Source: an uncultured Actinomycetes bacterium (lineage in GTDB: Bacteria; Actinomycetota; Thermoleophilia; RBG-16-64-13). Taken from it: 64,000 bases of DNA. How positions within the stretch are numbered: position 1 is the stretch's first letter; every line of letters begins with the position of its first letter. The position numbers and the translations under genes were made by a program. Of the stretch, positions 9,076 through 18,473 are shown in pieces. The notes beneath the pieces are model-generated. The model did no database searches. It was given only the letters and a program-made list of their open reading frames with translations, and was not told the origin of the DNA. The stretch is taken from NCBI GenBank assembly GCA_963814415.1, contig CAWFCN010000001.1, forward strand, positions 34,533 through 98,532. The letters run 5' to 3'.

Positions 9076-9779
9076 TTCTCTTCCCCTATCGAGCCCGTGC
9101 GTGGGACGCCACTGCCGACATCCGGGTTCCGTGGGTTTTGTACGGAATTTGCGGGAACCTCATAGCCGGACGCGACGAGCGCTGTCGCGAGGGCTTCGCG
9201 GGCCCTGAAGATGCGGGATTTGATGGTGCCTTCCTGCACGCCCAGGATTTCGGCGGCCTCCACATAGGGGAAGCCCAGCAGGTCGCAAAGCACCACGGCG
9301 AACCGGAAACCCTCATCCAATTCCATGAGCGCGGTCCTGAGGGGAGCGGAGAGCCCGTCCATCGCCGGGTCTATGCCGTGGCGCCCGGTGGCCACCACCG
9401 CCGCGGCCCCGCTGGGCCCGGAGAGGTCGTCGATGATCTCGGCCTCCATGGGCTCGGGCTTGTGGCGGCGCAGATGGTCGTAGGCGGCGTTGACTGCGAT
9501 ACGGTGAAGCCACGTGCCGAACCGCGCCTCGCCCTTGAAGGAGTCGAGGTTCCTGAAGGCCTTTATGAAGGTCTCCTGCGCGACGTCGGCCGCGTCCCAA
9601 TGATTGCCGAGCGTGCGCAAGGCCAGGTTGTATACGCGGCGTTCGTGACGGCGGTACAGCTCGGTCAGGGCGCTGTCATCGCCCGACCGCGCACGCCCGA
9701 CCAGTTCGATATCGTCGTCGCAAACTTGCTCAGTGAGGTTCAAGCTCAGTATTGCTCCCTCGGTCGCCCGCGAGTGCAC
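9072..9779 (-). CDS. ECF sigma-70 factor (SigM/SigW-like); start uncertain
   Basis: DAADVAQETFIKAF, FGTWLHRIAVN, YVEAAEILGVQEGTIKSRIFRAR (regions 2 and 4). Confidence 0.93.
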   Translation of the reverse strand: MHSRATEGAILSLNLTEQVCDDDIELVGRARSGDDSALTELYRRHERRVYNLALRTLGNHWDAADVAQETFIKAFRNLDSFKGEARFGTWLHRIAVNAAYDHLRRHKPEPMEAEIIDDLSGPSGAAAVVATGRHGIDPAMDGLSAPLRTALMELDEGFRFAVVLCDLLGFPYVEAAEILGVQEGTIKSRIFRAREALATALVASGYEVPANSVQNPRNPDVGSGVPRTGSIGEEK

Positions 9780-9854
9780 CTTGCGCCATTCTAACAGCGG
9801 GGGCTATGGTAGCGTCCATAGGAGGAGTGATATTGGCGGAGAGAGGTGAGCCCG

Positions 9855-10436
9855 ATGGCGGACGAAGAGGCAAGACAAACAGAGACCGACGAGCGCGATG
9901 AGGCCGAAGCGATGGCGCGTCTGCGCGAAGAGATCAACAATCTGCCGGTGAGCGAACACCTGGTGTATATGCTGCACTCGCTGTCGTCGTTGGCCGTGGA
10001 CCGTCTGGGCCTAGCGGAGGGCGCAGCGGCGCGGCGCGACCCGGCACAGGCCCGTCTGGCCATAGACGCCTTCAAGGCGATGCTGGGTGTTCTGGAGCCG
10101 GAGCGGCCGGCGCAGGAGATAACCGGCTACCGAGGCATGCTGGCTCAGCTGCAGATGGCCTACGTGGGAGCGCTGAGCGCGCGCCCGGCGGCAGAGGCTC
10201 CTGAGGCCGCGGCCCCGGACGGCTCTGCGACTCCGCAGGCGCCCGAGGCGGCCGACGAACCGGCAGCCGAGGCTTCAGCCGCCGCGGCCACCGAACAGGC
10301 CGCCGAGCCGGCCCCCGCGCCCGCCAAGAAGGCCGCGAAGCCGCGCGCCGGCGCAGGCGGGGCGAGCGGCACAGCAGGGGCGAGCACCAAGAGGGCCCCG
10401 GGCGGCGCCGCTAAGGGCGGCAAGAAGGGCTCGTGA
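9855..10436 (+). CDS. Hypothetical protein, DUF1844-like domain plus Ala/Pro/Lys-rich tail
   Basis: LSSLAVDRLG...DPAQARLAIDAF...LAQLQMAYV resembles DUF1844 (from recall); SD GAGAGG. Confidence 0.6.
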   Translation: MADEEARQTETDERDEAEAMARLREEINNLPVSEHLVYMLHSLSSLAVDRLGLAEGAAARRDPAQARLAIDAFKAMLGVLEPERPAQEITGYRGMLAQLQMAYVGALSARPAAEAPEAAAPDGSATPQAPEAADEPAAEASAAAATEQAAEPAPAPAKKAAKPRAGAGGASGTAGASTKRAPGGAAKGGKKGS

Positions 10437-10488
10437 TAATCTGTCGCCCGTCAGGCTAGGACGGCGCTTCGGTCTCCAAAGGAGGGAC

Positions 10489-11361
10489 ATGGCAGTCCAG
10501 ATAGGCATCATCGGCGGTAGCGGCCTCTACGACATGGAGGAGCTCACCGAGCGTGAAGAGATCAAGCTGTCGACGCCGTTCGGCGACCCGAGTGGGCCCT
10601 ACGTCATGGGCACTCTGCGGGGCCGGCGCGTGGCCTTCTTGTCGCGGCACGGGGTGGGCCATCGCATCATGCCATCGGAGCTGAACTTCCGGGCGAACAT
10701 CTTCGGCTTCAAGTTGCTGGGGGTGGAGCGCATCCTCTCGGCGAGCGCGGTGGGAAGCTTCAAGGACGAGTATCCGCCCCTCAGCGTGGTGGTGCCCGAC
10801 CAGTTCTTCGATAGGACCCAGCGGCGCATCAGCACCTTCTTCGGCCGGGGCATTGTCGTGCACGTCTCCTTTGCCCATCCGGTCTGTCCCGACCTGAGCC
10901 GCATCGCGTTCGAGTCAGCCAGGACTGTGGGGGCACGCGTGGGGAGACGGGCTCATATGGGCGGTACCTATGTGTGCATAGAGGGACCCCAATTCTCGAC
11001 CTTGGCCGAATCGAAGCTGTACAAGAGCTGGGGGATGGACGTCGTAGGCATGACCAACCTGCAGGAGGCCAAGCTGGCCCGCGAGGCCGAGATCTGCTAC
11101 ACCACCATCGCTCTAGTCACCGACTACGACTGTTGGCATCCGGACCACGAGAACGTGACCGTGGACATGATTGTTTCCAACCTCACGGCGAATGCCCAGA
11201 TGGCCAAGCGGCTCATCGCCGAGGCGGTGGAACGCGTGCCGGCAGAGCGGGGTTGCTCCTGTGGTAGCGCTCTAGCGACGGCTATCATCACCAGCCCGGA
11301 CTCTATCCCCGCGGACGTCAAGCGCGAACTGGCTCCGCTCATAGGCAAGTATGTCAAGTGA
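10489..11361 (+). CDS. mtnP: S-methyl-5'-thioadenosine phosphorylase
   Basis: IGIIGGSG, RHG..H, NFRANI, SAVGS, EGPQFST.AES, VGMT, VTDYDCW; SD AAGGAGG; upstream TGATAAT. Confidence 0.95.
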   Translation: MAVQIGIIGGSGLYDMEELTEREEIKLSTPFGDPSGPYVMGTLRGRRVAFLSRHGVGHRIMPSELNFRANIFGFKLLGVERILSASAVGSFKDEYPPLSVVVPDQFFDRTQRRISTFFGRGIVVHVSFAHPVCPDLSRIAFESARTVGARVGRRAHMGGTYVCIEGPQFSTLAESKLYKSWGMDVVGMTNLQEAKLAREAEICYTTIALVTDYDCWHPDHENVTVDMIVSNLTANAQMAKRLIAEAVERVPAERGCSCGSALATAIITSPDSIPADVKRELAPLIGKYVK

Positions 11362-12286
11362 GGTGTTGATGGATCCCATCCTGGCGGTAGGTTCGGTAGC
11401 TTTCGACAGCATCAAGAACCCGTTCGGCGAGGCGACTCGCGTGGTGGGCGGGTCGGCCACATACTTCTCAGTGGCGGCTTCGTTCTTTACTCAGGTGCGC
11501 TTGGTGGCGGTGGTGGGCGATGACTTCGGCGATCACGGCGACCGTGTGTTCAAGGGACGAGCCATAGATCTTGAAGGACTACAGAAGCTGCCGGGCGAGA
11601 CCTTCCGTTGGAAGGGCGAGTATGGCTTCGATATGAACTCGCGCGAGACCATCTACACCAAGCTGAACGTCTTCGACCAGTTCCAGCCCGTGATCCCCGC
11701 GGCGTACAAGGACTCGCCCTACGTGTTCCTGGGCAACATCCATCCGAGTCTGCAACTGGACGTGCTCGATCAGGTGAGGGCGCCCAAGCTAGTCGCGGCC
11801 GACACCATGAACTTCTGGATAGAGGGCACGCCGGACGAGCTTCGCAAGGTTCTCAAACGCATCGACGTTCTGATAATCAACGACTCCGAGGCGCGCGAAC
11901 TCTCGGGGGAGGCGAATCTGGTCAAGGCAGCGCGGGCGCTCAAGGCGATGGGACCCTGCACGGTGGTGATCAAGCGCGGCGAGAACGGCGTTCTCACCAC
12001 CTGCTCGGGGTTAAGCGAGTTCTTCGCGGCGCCGGCCATGCCGCTGGAAGAGGTCTTCGACCCCACCGGGGCGGGGGACACCTTCGCCGGGGGCTTCATG
12101 GGTTCGTTGGCGGCCTCAGGCAAGCTCGACGACGCGGCTTTGGCCCGCGCCATCATCTACGGCCAGACGGTGGCCTCGTTCAGCGTCGAGGAGTTCAGCC
12201 TAGACAGGCTGCTTCGTCTGACCCAGGGCGAGATCAAAGAGCGCTTCGGGCAGTTCAAGCGCCTGACGCACTTCGACGAGGTCTAG
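11351..12286 (+). CDS. PfkB-family sugar/nucleoside kinase
   Basis: GGSATY, INDSE, DPTGAGDTFAGG PfkB signature; alternative start at 11369. Confidence 0.92.
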   Translation: MSSEVLMDPILAVGSVAFDSIKNPFGEATRVVGGSATYFSVAASFFTQVRLVAVVGDDFGDHGDRVFKGRAIDLEGLQKLPGETFRWKGEYGFDMNSRETIYTKLNVFDQFQPVIPAAYKDSPYVFLGNIHPSLQLDVLDQVRAPKLVAADTMNFWIEGTPDELRKVLKRIDVLIINDSEARELSGEANLVKAARALKAMGPCTVVIKRGENGVLTTCSGLSEFFAAPAMPLEEVFDPTGAGDTFAGGFMGSLAASGKLDDAALARAIIYGQTVASFSVEEFSLDRLLRLTQGEIKERFGQFKRLTHFDEV

Positions 12287-12297
12287 GGCCGGCGCGA

Positions 12298-12954
12298 CTA
12301 GGCTTCCGCGGGGTCCTCGGCGGGAGCCACGGCGAGAGACACAGGGGTGAGCGCCTCTGTCCCGAGCGCAAGCTGCGGCGCGGCCTCGGGCGTCGGTTCC
12401 GGGGTAGCCTCAGGCGCGTCGGGCGCCTCCACGGCAGCCGGCGCAGCCTCGGGTGCAGGCGCAGGCTCCGCAGGTGCCGGCTTCGGCTCTGCGGGGACCG
12501 GTCTGGGCGAGGCCGCCTTCGGCGCCTCGGCCTTCGGCGTGTCAGTCTTGGGTGCGTCAGACTTCGGCGCTTCAGCCTTGGGGTATTCGACCGCGAGCTT
12601 GCCGCCATCTCGGGTTATCGACGTGTTCTGTATGTGGGCCAGGATGGACGCCTTGCGCTTGTCGTCGGTCTCGCCGGCCAGCTTGAGGTCCATGTCGAGC
12701 ACGCTGCCGTAGAGCTGCTCCACCAGCGAGATGCACTCGTCCTGGGTGAGTTGCATGCTGGTGAGCAGGTTGGCTACCTTGCCCAGGATGGCCTTGAGCG
12801 CAGTGAGTGAATCGCTCTCTTGCAGGTCAAGGTCACCGGGGCGGCGCTGCTGCTCGTCGTCCGGCTGATAGTCTCGCCGGTCGCCTCGGTCGCGGTCACG
12901 GTCGCGGTCGCTCGGACGGCGGTCGCCGTCGCGGCGTGGTCTGCTGTTGCTCAT
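12298..12954 (-). CDS. Hypothetical protein: RD-rich N-terminus, ~85-aa helical core, PK/PEA-repeat tail
   Basis: SD GAGG, coding-like codon usage, 4-nt overlap with the upstream epimerase gene. Confidence 0.7.
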   Translation of the reverse strand: MSNSRPRRDGDRRPSDRDRDRDRGDRRDYQPDDEQQRRPGDLDLQESDSLTALKAILGKVANLLTSMQLTQDECISLVEQLYGSVLDMDLKLAGETDDKRKASILAHIQNTSITRDGGKLAVEYPKAEAPKSDAPKTDTPKAEAPKAASPRPVPAEPKPAPAEPAPAPEAAPAAVEAPDAPEATPEPTPEAAPQLALGTEALTPVSLAVAPAEDPAEA

Positions 12955-13886
12955 GTGCTTGTCCTCTCGCTCGCCGTACGGTAGTAGTCAACGGCCGCGG
13001 CTATCCCGTCCGTCAGATCCATCTTCCATTTCCAGCCCAACTCGTTCTCAGCCTTGGAGGCGTCCAAGGCTATGTGCTCCACCTCTCCAGGCCGGACTTC
13101 TGCGAAGACCGGCTCGGTCTGGGAGCCCACCGCCGCCCGCACCGTCTCGAACACCTGCAGGTCGCTGACCTCGATGCCCCGACCCAGATTGTAGATGCCG
13201 CCGGCCTCACCGTTCAGGGCGAGGATATTGGCCTCTACGATATCGCCTACGTAGACGTAGTCACGCGTCTTACTGCCGTCGCCGAAGATGACCGGCTGCC
13301 GCCCGGTAAGGAGTTGCAGCGCGAAGATGGCGACCACCCCCGCCTCACCGTGAGGATCCTGCCGCGGCCCGTAGATGTTGGGATAGCGGAGCGAGGTGTA
13401 GTCCAGACCATGGTTGGCCTTGTAGGTGAAGAGGTACTGCTCGACCACATGCTTGCTGACGCCATAGGGAGCCACGGGGTCGATGGGGTGGGCCTCATCG
13501 GCCGGGATGTAGGAGGGCTGGCCGTAGAGCGCTCCGCCCGTGTTGGCATAGATGAACTTGCGGACTTCACTAGCCCGGCAGCATTCGAGCAGGTTGAGGG
13601 AGCCCAGGACGTTCACTGAGGCGTCGTGTTCGGGGTCGCGCACCGAGTTGGTGACGTCCGCGTGCGCCGCGTGATGAAACACGACTTCCGGCCGTTCCGT
13701 GGCGAACACCTGGCCCAGGGACTTGTCGCGGATGTCCATCTCGTAGAACTTGGCCTGCATGGGGAGGTTCTCGACCTTGCCCTTCGAGAGGTCGTCTACT
13801 ATGACGACATCATGGCCCAGTTCGATAAGGCGGTCGCTCAGATGAGAGGCGATGAAGCCCGCCCCGCCGGTCACCAGTGTCTTCAC
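12951..13886 (-). CDS. NAD-dependent epimerase/dehydratase (UDP-glucose 4-epimerase-like)
   Basis: VTGGAGFI, YGVSK (YxxxK), RYPNIYGPRQ, RDYVYVGD; GTG start after AGGAGG. The upstream part of the 500-aa track ORF is tRNA antisense. Confidence 0.93.
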   Translation of the reverse strand: MKTLVTGGAGFIASHLSDRLIELGHDVVIVDDLSKGKVENLPMQAKFYEMDIRDKSLGQVFATERPEVVFHHAAHADVTNSVRDPEHDASVNVLGSLNLLECCRASEVRKFIYANTGGALYGQPSYIPADEAHPIDPVAPYGVSKHVVEQYLFTYKANHGLDYTSLRYPNIYGPRQDPHGEAGVVAIFALQLLTGRQPVIFGDGSKTRDYVYVGDIVEANILALNGEAGGIYNLGRGIEVSDLQVFETVRAAVGSQTEPVFAEVRPGEVEHIALDASKAENELGWKWKMDLTDGIAAAVDYYRTASERTST

Positions 13887-14058
13887 CCATCCTCCTTGCG
13901 CGGCCCCGCCGCGGAGATAGGCCGCGGGGCGGAGGCGCCGCACGGCGCCCCTTACTCTATGAACCCTGCAAGTGTAATGCAGAAACGGCCTGAGGGTCAG
14001 AGAGCGGGGCGCGTACGCTATACTCAGGTGCAGCCGAAGCCGGACGAGTGCGGACTGG

Positions 14059-14132
14059 CGGGACGTGGCGCAGCCTGGTAGCGCACCTGCTTTGGGAGCA
14101 GGGGGTCGGAGGTTCGAATCCTCTCGTCCCGA
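14059..14132 (+). tRNA. tRNA-Pro(TGG)
   Basis: CGGGACGTGGCGCAGCCTGGTAGCGC...TT-TGG-GA...GGTTCGAATCC...GTCCCGA. Confidence 0.97.
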
Positions 14133-14165
14133 TAACGGCTCGCATCGAGGCGCCGGTGTTAGCAG

Positions 14166-14238
<73 letters not shown>

Positions 14239-14297
14239 CCTTTCCGAGCCGCACCAGGCCGCCCGACCCGGCGGCCGCGGCGGCTGGAAGAGGTCGT

Positions 14298-14371
<74 letters not shown>

Positions 14372-14410
14372 CCTTTCCTGAAGGTCGTCGCGGTTTGTCG
14401 GAGACCTGGC

Positions 14411-14767
14411 CTAGTGCGAACCGGGGTCCAGTTCGCTCATGAGTTCGGCGCACTCTCCTCGCAGAATGGAGACGTCGCGGTCGGCGATGCCCCAGACCAG
14501 CACATCGTTCACGTTTCGGTACTCGTGGGTGAGTTGGTTGCGGAAATCCACGATTCGCCGGGCGTGAGTGATGCGATCAAAGAGTTCAGGCGCGTTGCGG
14601 GACAGCGTCAGCATGGCCTCGCCTATGGTGATGAACTCACGCTCCACCGCCGACCTGATGAGCCTGTCTGCCTGATAGCCATCGATGGTGATGCCGCTCA
14701 GCGCCGCAACGATCGCGTCGCATGAATCGATGATGTCCGCCAAGTAGGCCCGCGGGTCACGCGGCAT
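14411..14767 (-). CDS. hepT: HEPN (DUF86/HepT-like) ribonuclease toxin
   Basis: YLADIIDS, SAVEREFITIGEA, RNQLTH (Rx4H) followed by EY; 118 aa. Confidence 0.9.
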   Translation of the reverse strand: MPRDPRAYLADIIDSCDAIVAALSGITIDGYQADRLIRSAVEREFITIGEAMLTLSRNAPELFDRITHARRIVDFRNQLTHEYRNVNDVLVWGIADRDVSILRGECAELMSELDPGSH

Positions 14768-15065
14768 AGAGCACCTGCTTGGTGCGCGCTATGTCGTCGG
14801 CGATGAAGGGGTTCTTGACGGCGTCGGACATGACGAGGTCCACGCTTGGACCCAAGATCGAGCGCAGTTCGTCCAGAAGGTCGAAATAGGCATCTGCGAG
14901 GGCATGCGGGCTCATCGGCCCGAACTCCACCAGCAGGTCTATGTCGCTCTCTCCCGGTCGATAGTCATCGCGCAGAGCAGAGCCGAAGACGTCCATGCGC
15001 ACGACTCCGAAACGGGCACAGGCACTACCGATGAATCGGACCTTGTCTTGAAGTGTCGCGAGCAT
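14757..15065 (-). CDS. mntA: Minimal nucleotidyltransferase (MNT) antitoxin
   Basis: FGSALRDDY..ESDIDLLVEF (GS..DxD), VDLV; SD AAGGAGG; overlaps the HEPN gene. Confidence 0.9.
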   Translation of the reverse strand: MLATLQDKVRFIGSACARFGVVRMDVFGSALRDDYRPGESDIDLLVEFGPMSPHALADAYFDLLDELRSILGPSVDLVMSDAVKNPFIADDIARTKQVLYAA

Positions 15066-15197
15066 CTCGATACCTCCTTGTCACATGGTACCGCGGAGCG
15101 AGGTCTAGAGGGGGCATCTGTCAGCAAGGCCATCTCCATCATTGCTATGCTTGGGCAGGCGGGCGAAATCCCAGATCGTTGGCCCAAGGAGGCGGGG

Positions 15198-15548
15198 TTG
15201 AAAATCACTCTGCAGTCCATCATCGACATCGTCACGAAGCTGGTGAAGGCGAGGTCCGAGGCTCAGCCGACCACCAAGCGCAAGAAGAAGCGCTCGACTT
15301 CCACCAGCAAGACAGCGGCCCAAGCTCACAAGGCGGCAGCGAAGAAGACGGCCAGAGAGAAGAAGGCCGCCAAACGCAAAGCGGCAGAAGAGAAACGGGC
15401 CGCGGCCAGGAAGGCTGCCGCGACGAAGAGGGCCAACGCCAAGGCCAGGGCCAAGAAGAAGAAGGCCAAGGCGAAGAAGACCAAGAAGACCACTACTGCC
15501 AAGAAGCCTCGGGCCAAGAAGAAGGCGGCGACCAAGTCGAAGCGCTAG
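15198..15548 (+). CDS. Lys/Ala-rich histone H1-like basic protein
   Basis: TTG after AAGGAGG; 116 aa dominated by KA/KK repeats. Confidence 0.75.
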   Translation: MKITLQSIIDIVTKLVKARSEAQPTTKRKKKRSTSTSKTAAQAHKAAAKKTAREKKAAKRKAAEEKRAAARKAAATKRANAKARAKKKKAKAKKTKKTTTAKKPRAKKKAATKSKR

Positions 15549-15629
15549 AGAGAACGCGGCTGACGAAGGTACTGCTCCTCCACAAGGTATTGCTGGTCGA
15601 TGGGGAGTACCTGTGCGCGAGGAGTGCGT

Positions 15630-16058
15630 GTGGACGTCGTTGAAATCATAGTACGGGCCGTCGATGCCGTATCGACCTTCTTCCCCATAGGTTCAGGTAG
15701 GGACGGTGGGGCAAGACGAGGTCTCGAAAAGGCGCCCCTGCCGATCACGACGAGCCACGAGGCGGAGTCGCGGACATACGCGCTCGAAGAGGATGACAAC
15801 GGCCGCATCCTGGATGTTCACGTGAGCGACCGCCTGTTGACTACCCTCGCGGCGCGTCCGGCTCCTGACATCACTATCCGTCTTGTTCAGCCGGATGCCA
15901 TGAAGCTGCGTGTTTTCGAAGATGTCACATACGGTCAGTGGCACCATGTGGGCTGCCGGGTGGTAGGGATGGGCGATGCCAGAATAGAAGTCGAATACCT
16001 GCGTGGCGATGGTAGTGTCTGCTCTACGTGGAGTGTGGATCTGCGGGTGACTGCCTGA
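15630..16058 (+). CDS. Hypothetical protein, possible chagasin/I42 (Ig-like) domain
   Basis: GTG after AGGAG; LEEDDNGRILDVHVSDRLLTTL...GDARIEVEYLR...WSVDLRV resembles the chagasin pattern (from recall). Confidence 0.5.
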   Translation: MDVVEIIVRAVDAVSTFFPIGSGRDGGARRGLEKAPLPITTSHEAESRTYALEEDDNGRILDVHVSDRLLTTLAARPAPDITIRLVQPDAMKLRVFEDVTYGQWHHVGCRVVGMGDARIEVEYLRGDGSVCSTWSVDLRVTA

Positions 16059-16187
16059 ACCGCCCCGGCTCTCCTGTAGGCTCGTGGCGGCAAACCCCCG
16101 TCTGAGTAGGCTATACTTCCCTGCGGTCGCCGCGCGGAGGCCCGCAAGGGTAGTGGGGCCCGGCGGCAGCCACTTTGGAGAGTCCTT

Positions 16188-16261
16188 GGTGAACGTAGCT
16201 CAATTGGTAGAGCACTGGGTTGTGGTCCCAGCGGTCGTGGGTTCGAGCCCCATCGTTCACC
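16188..16261 (+). tRNA. tRNA-His(GTG)
   Basis: Encoded G-1:C73; TT-GTG-GT loop; GGTTCGAGCCC T arm. Confidence 0.96.
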
Positions 16262-16273
16262 CCTACTGCATCT

Positions 16274-16354
16274 GCGGGTGTGGCGGAATGGCAGACGCGC
16301 ATGCCTTAGGAGCATGTGTCTTTTGACGTGGAGGTTCGAGTCCTCTCACCCGCA
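16274..16354 (+). tRNA. tRNA-Leu(TAG)
   Basis: GCGGGTGTGGCGGAATGGCAGACGCG, CT-TAG-GA loop, long variable arm, GGTTCGAGTCC. Confidence 0.96.
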
Positions 16355-16392
16355 CTCGCTTCACTGGGTTCAAGAGCTACGAAAGGATAGAC

Positions 16393-17833
16393 GTGAGGAC
16401 CAACCTCAAAGAGCGCGACGGCAACAAGGTGACGGTCGAGGTCGAGGTCACTCCCGAAGAGCTCAAAGAAGCCTACGAAGTCAAGCTGCGCGAGATGGTG
16501 CGCGAGGTGCGCATCCCCGGGTTCCGGCCGGGCAAGGCGCCGGTCACCATGGTGAAGCAGAAGCTGGGCGACGAGGCCATCTTGGCCGACGGCATAGAGT
16601 CGGCGATGAACCTTTGGTTCTTGCAGGCGATGGTGGATCTGGGCCTGCAGTCGGTCGATAGGCCCGAGATCGAACTGGGCGACGAGCTGCCGTCCATGGA
16701 CAAGCCGCTCACGTTCACCGCGACCGTCCTGGTCATGCCCGAGGTGAAGCTGGGCGAGTACAAGGGCCTCAAGGTGCCCAAGGACTCGGTCGAGGTCACC
16801 GAGGAAGAGATAGCCGACCGCGTCGAGCGTCTGCAGAACGACTTCGCCGAGCTCAACCCGGTCGAAGGTCGGGCGGTGCAGAAGGGCGATTTCGTCCTGG
16901 CCGACTTCGAGGCCAAGCTTGACGGCGAGCCCGTGGGCGAACTGGAGGCCTCCGACTACCTGTTCGAGGTGGGGGGCAGCCAGATCTTCCCCGAGGTAGA
17001 AGAGCAGGTAGTGGGCATGAGCGCCGGCGAGACGAAGTCCTTCCCGGTCGCCCTAGGCTGAAGATATCCCCAGCGAAGAGCTGGCGGGCAAGACCGTGGA
17101 GTTCTCGCTGACCCTCAAGGAGATCAAAGAGAAGGTGCTGCCCGAGCTGAGTGACGAGTGGGTGGCCGAGGTCTGCGAGTTCAAGACCGTGGACGAGTTC
17201 CGCGCCGATGTGCGCGGCCGGCTGACGTCCGCCAAAGAGTACACGTGCAACCAGAAGTACAGGGCTATCGCGGTAGCCAAGGCTGTGGAGAACGTCACGG
17301 TCGAGTTGCCCGAGGTTGTCATCCAGCGCGAGGCGGCGGAGATGCTGGGCGAGCTCAAGAGCTCCGTGGAAGCTCGGGGCCTCACCATCGAGGGCTACAT
17401 GGCCGCGACCGGCATGACCTTCGAGAAGCTGGTGGAGGGCATGATCCCCAGGGCCGCCGACAACGTCAAGACCAGACTGGTGCTGGACGCTGTGGCCAAG
17501 GCCGAGAAGCTCGAGGTCACCGACGAAGAGGTCCAGGCGGCCATAGGCCAGATGGCTCTGGCGAACCGCATAGACGCCGACGAGCTCCAGAAGCGCATCA
17601 TCAAGAACGACCGCATGTACGACCTCAAGGAGCAGATAGTCCGCGAAAAGGCGGCCAGCTTCATAGTCGATAGCGCGGTGGCGGGCCCGCCCGAAGCCGA
17701 GCCTGGTGCAGGGAAAAGGCCCGCCGCCAAGAAAGCATCTGGGACGACCACAAAGGCCAAGGCGAAGGCCGGCGAGGCCGCGGCTCCTGCGGAGCCGGCG
17801 GCCGAAGCGCCCGCCGCCGACGCGGCCGAGTAG
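16393..17833 (+). CDS. tig: Trigger factor (frameshift near 17056, probable sequencing error)
   Basis: [10 protein letters not shown] signature; FKBP domain split between ORFs 16393-17061 and 17096-17833. Confidence 0.93.
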
Positions 17834-17877
17834 GGGTCTACATCAGCAGTTCAGGCAAGTTAGAAAGGACGGCGTCC

Positions 17878-18462
17878 TTGAGTCCACTAATACCGATGGT
17901 GGTCGAGCAGACCGCAAAAGGCGAGCGTGCCTTCGACATCTACTCCCGCCTGCTCAACGAACGCATCATCTTCTTGGGTAGTGCCATCAACGACCAGGTC
18001 GCCAACGTGGTGGTCGCCCAACTGCTGCACCTGGAGTCCGAGGATCCGGACAAGGACATCTCCATCTACGTCAACAGCCCCGGCGGCAACGTGTACGCGG
18101 GCTTGGCCATCTACGACACCATGCAGTTCATCAAGCCCGACGTGTCCACCATCTGCGTGGGAATAGCCATGTCCATGGGCGCTCTGCTGCTATCGGGCGG
18201 GGCCAAGGGTAAGCGCTACGCTCTCCCGAACTCGAAGATACTCATCCACCAGGTCTCGGGAGGGTTCGAGGGGCCGGCTACGGACATCGAGATCCATGCC
18301 CGCGAAGCCCTGAGCCTGCGCAAGCGGCTGGACGAGATCCTGGCCCTGCAGACAGGGCAGGCACTCGAGAAGGTGGAGAAGGATACCGAGCGCGACTATT
18401 TCATGACCGCTCAGGAATCGCTGGCGTACGGCATCATCGACAAAATACTCGAGCATAGGTAG
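17878..18462 (+). CDS. clpP: ATP-dependent Clp protease proteolytic subunit
   Basis: DIYSRLL.ERIIFL, YVNSPGG, AMSMGA, ILIHQ. Confidence 0.98.
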   Translation: MSPLIPMVVEQTAKGERAFDIYSRLLNERIIFLGSAINDQVANVVVAQLLHLESEDPDKDISIYVNSPGGNVYAGLAIYDTMQFIKPDVSTICVGIAMSMGALLLSGGAKGKRYALPNSKILIHQVSGGFEGPATDIEIHAREALSLRKRLDEILALQTGQALEKVEKDTERDYFMTAQESLAYGIIDKILEHR

Positions 18463-18473
18463 GGGGTCGACTC

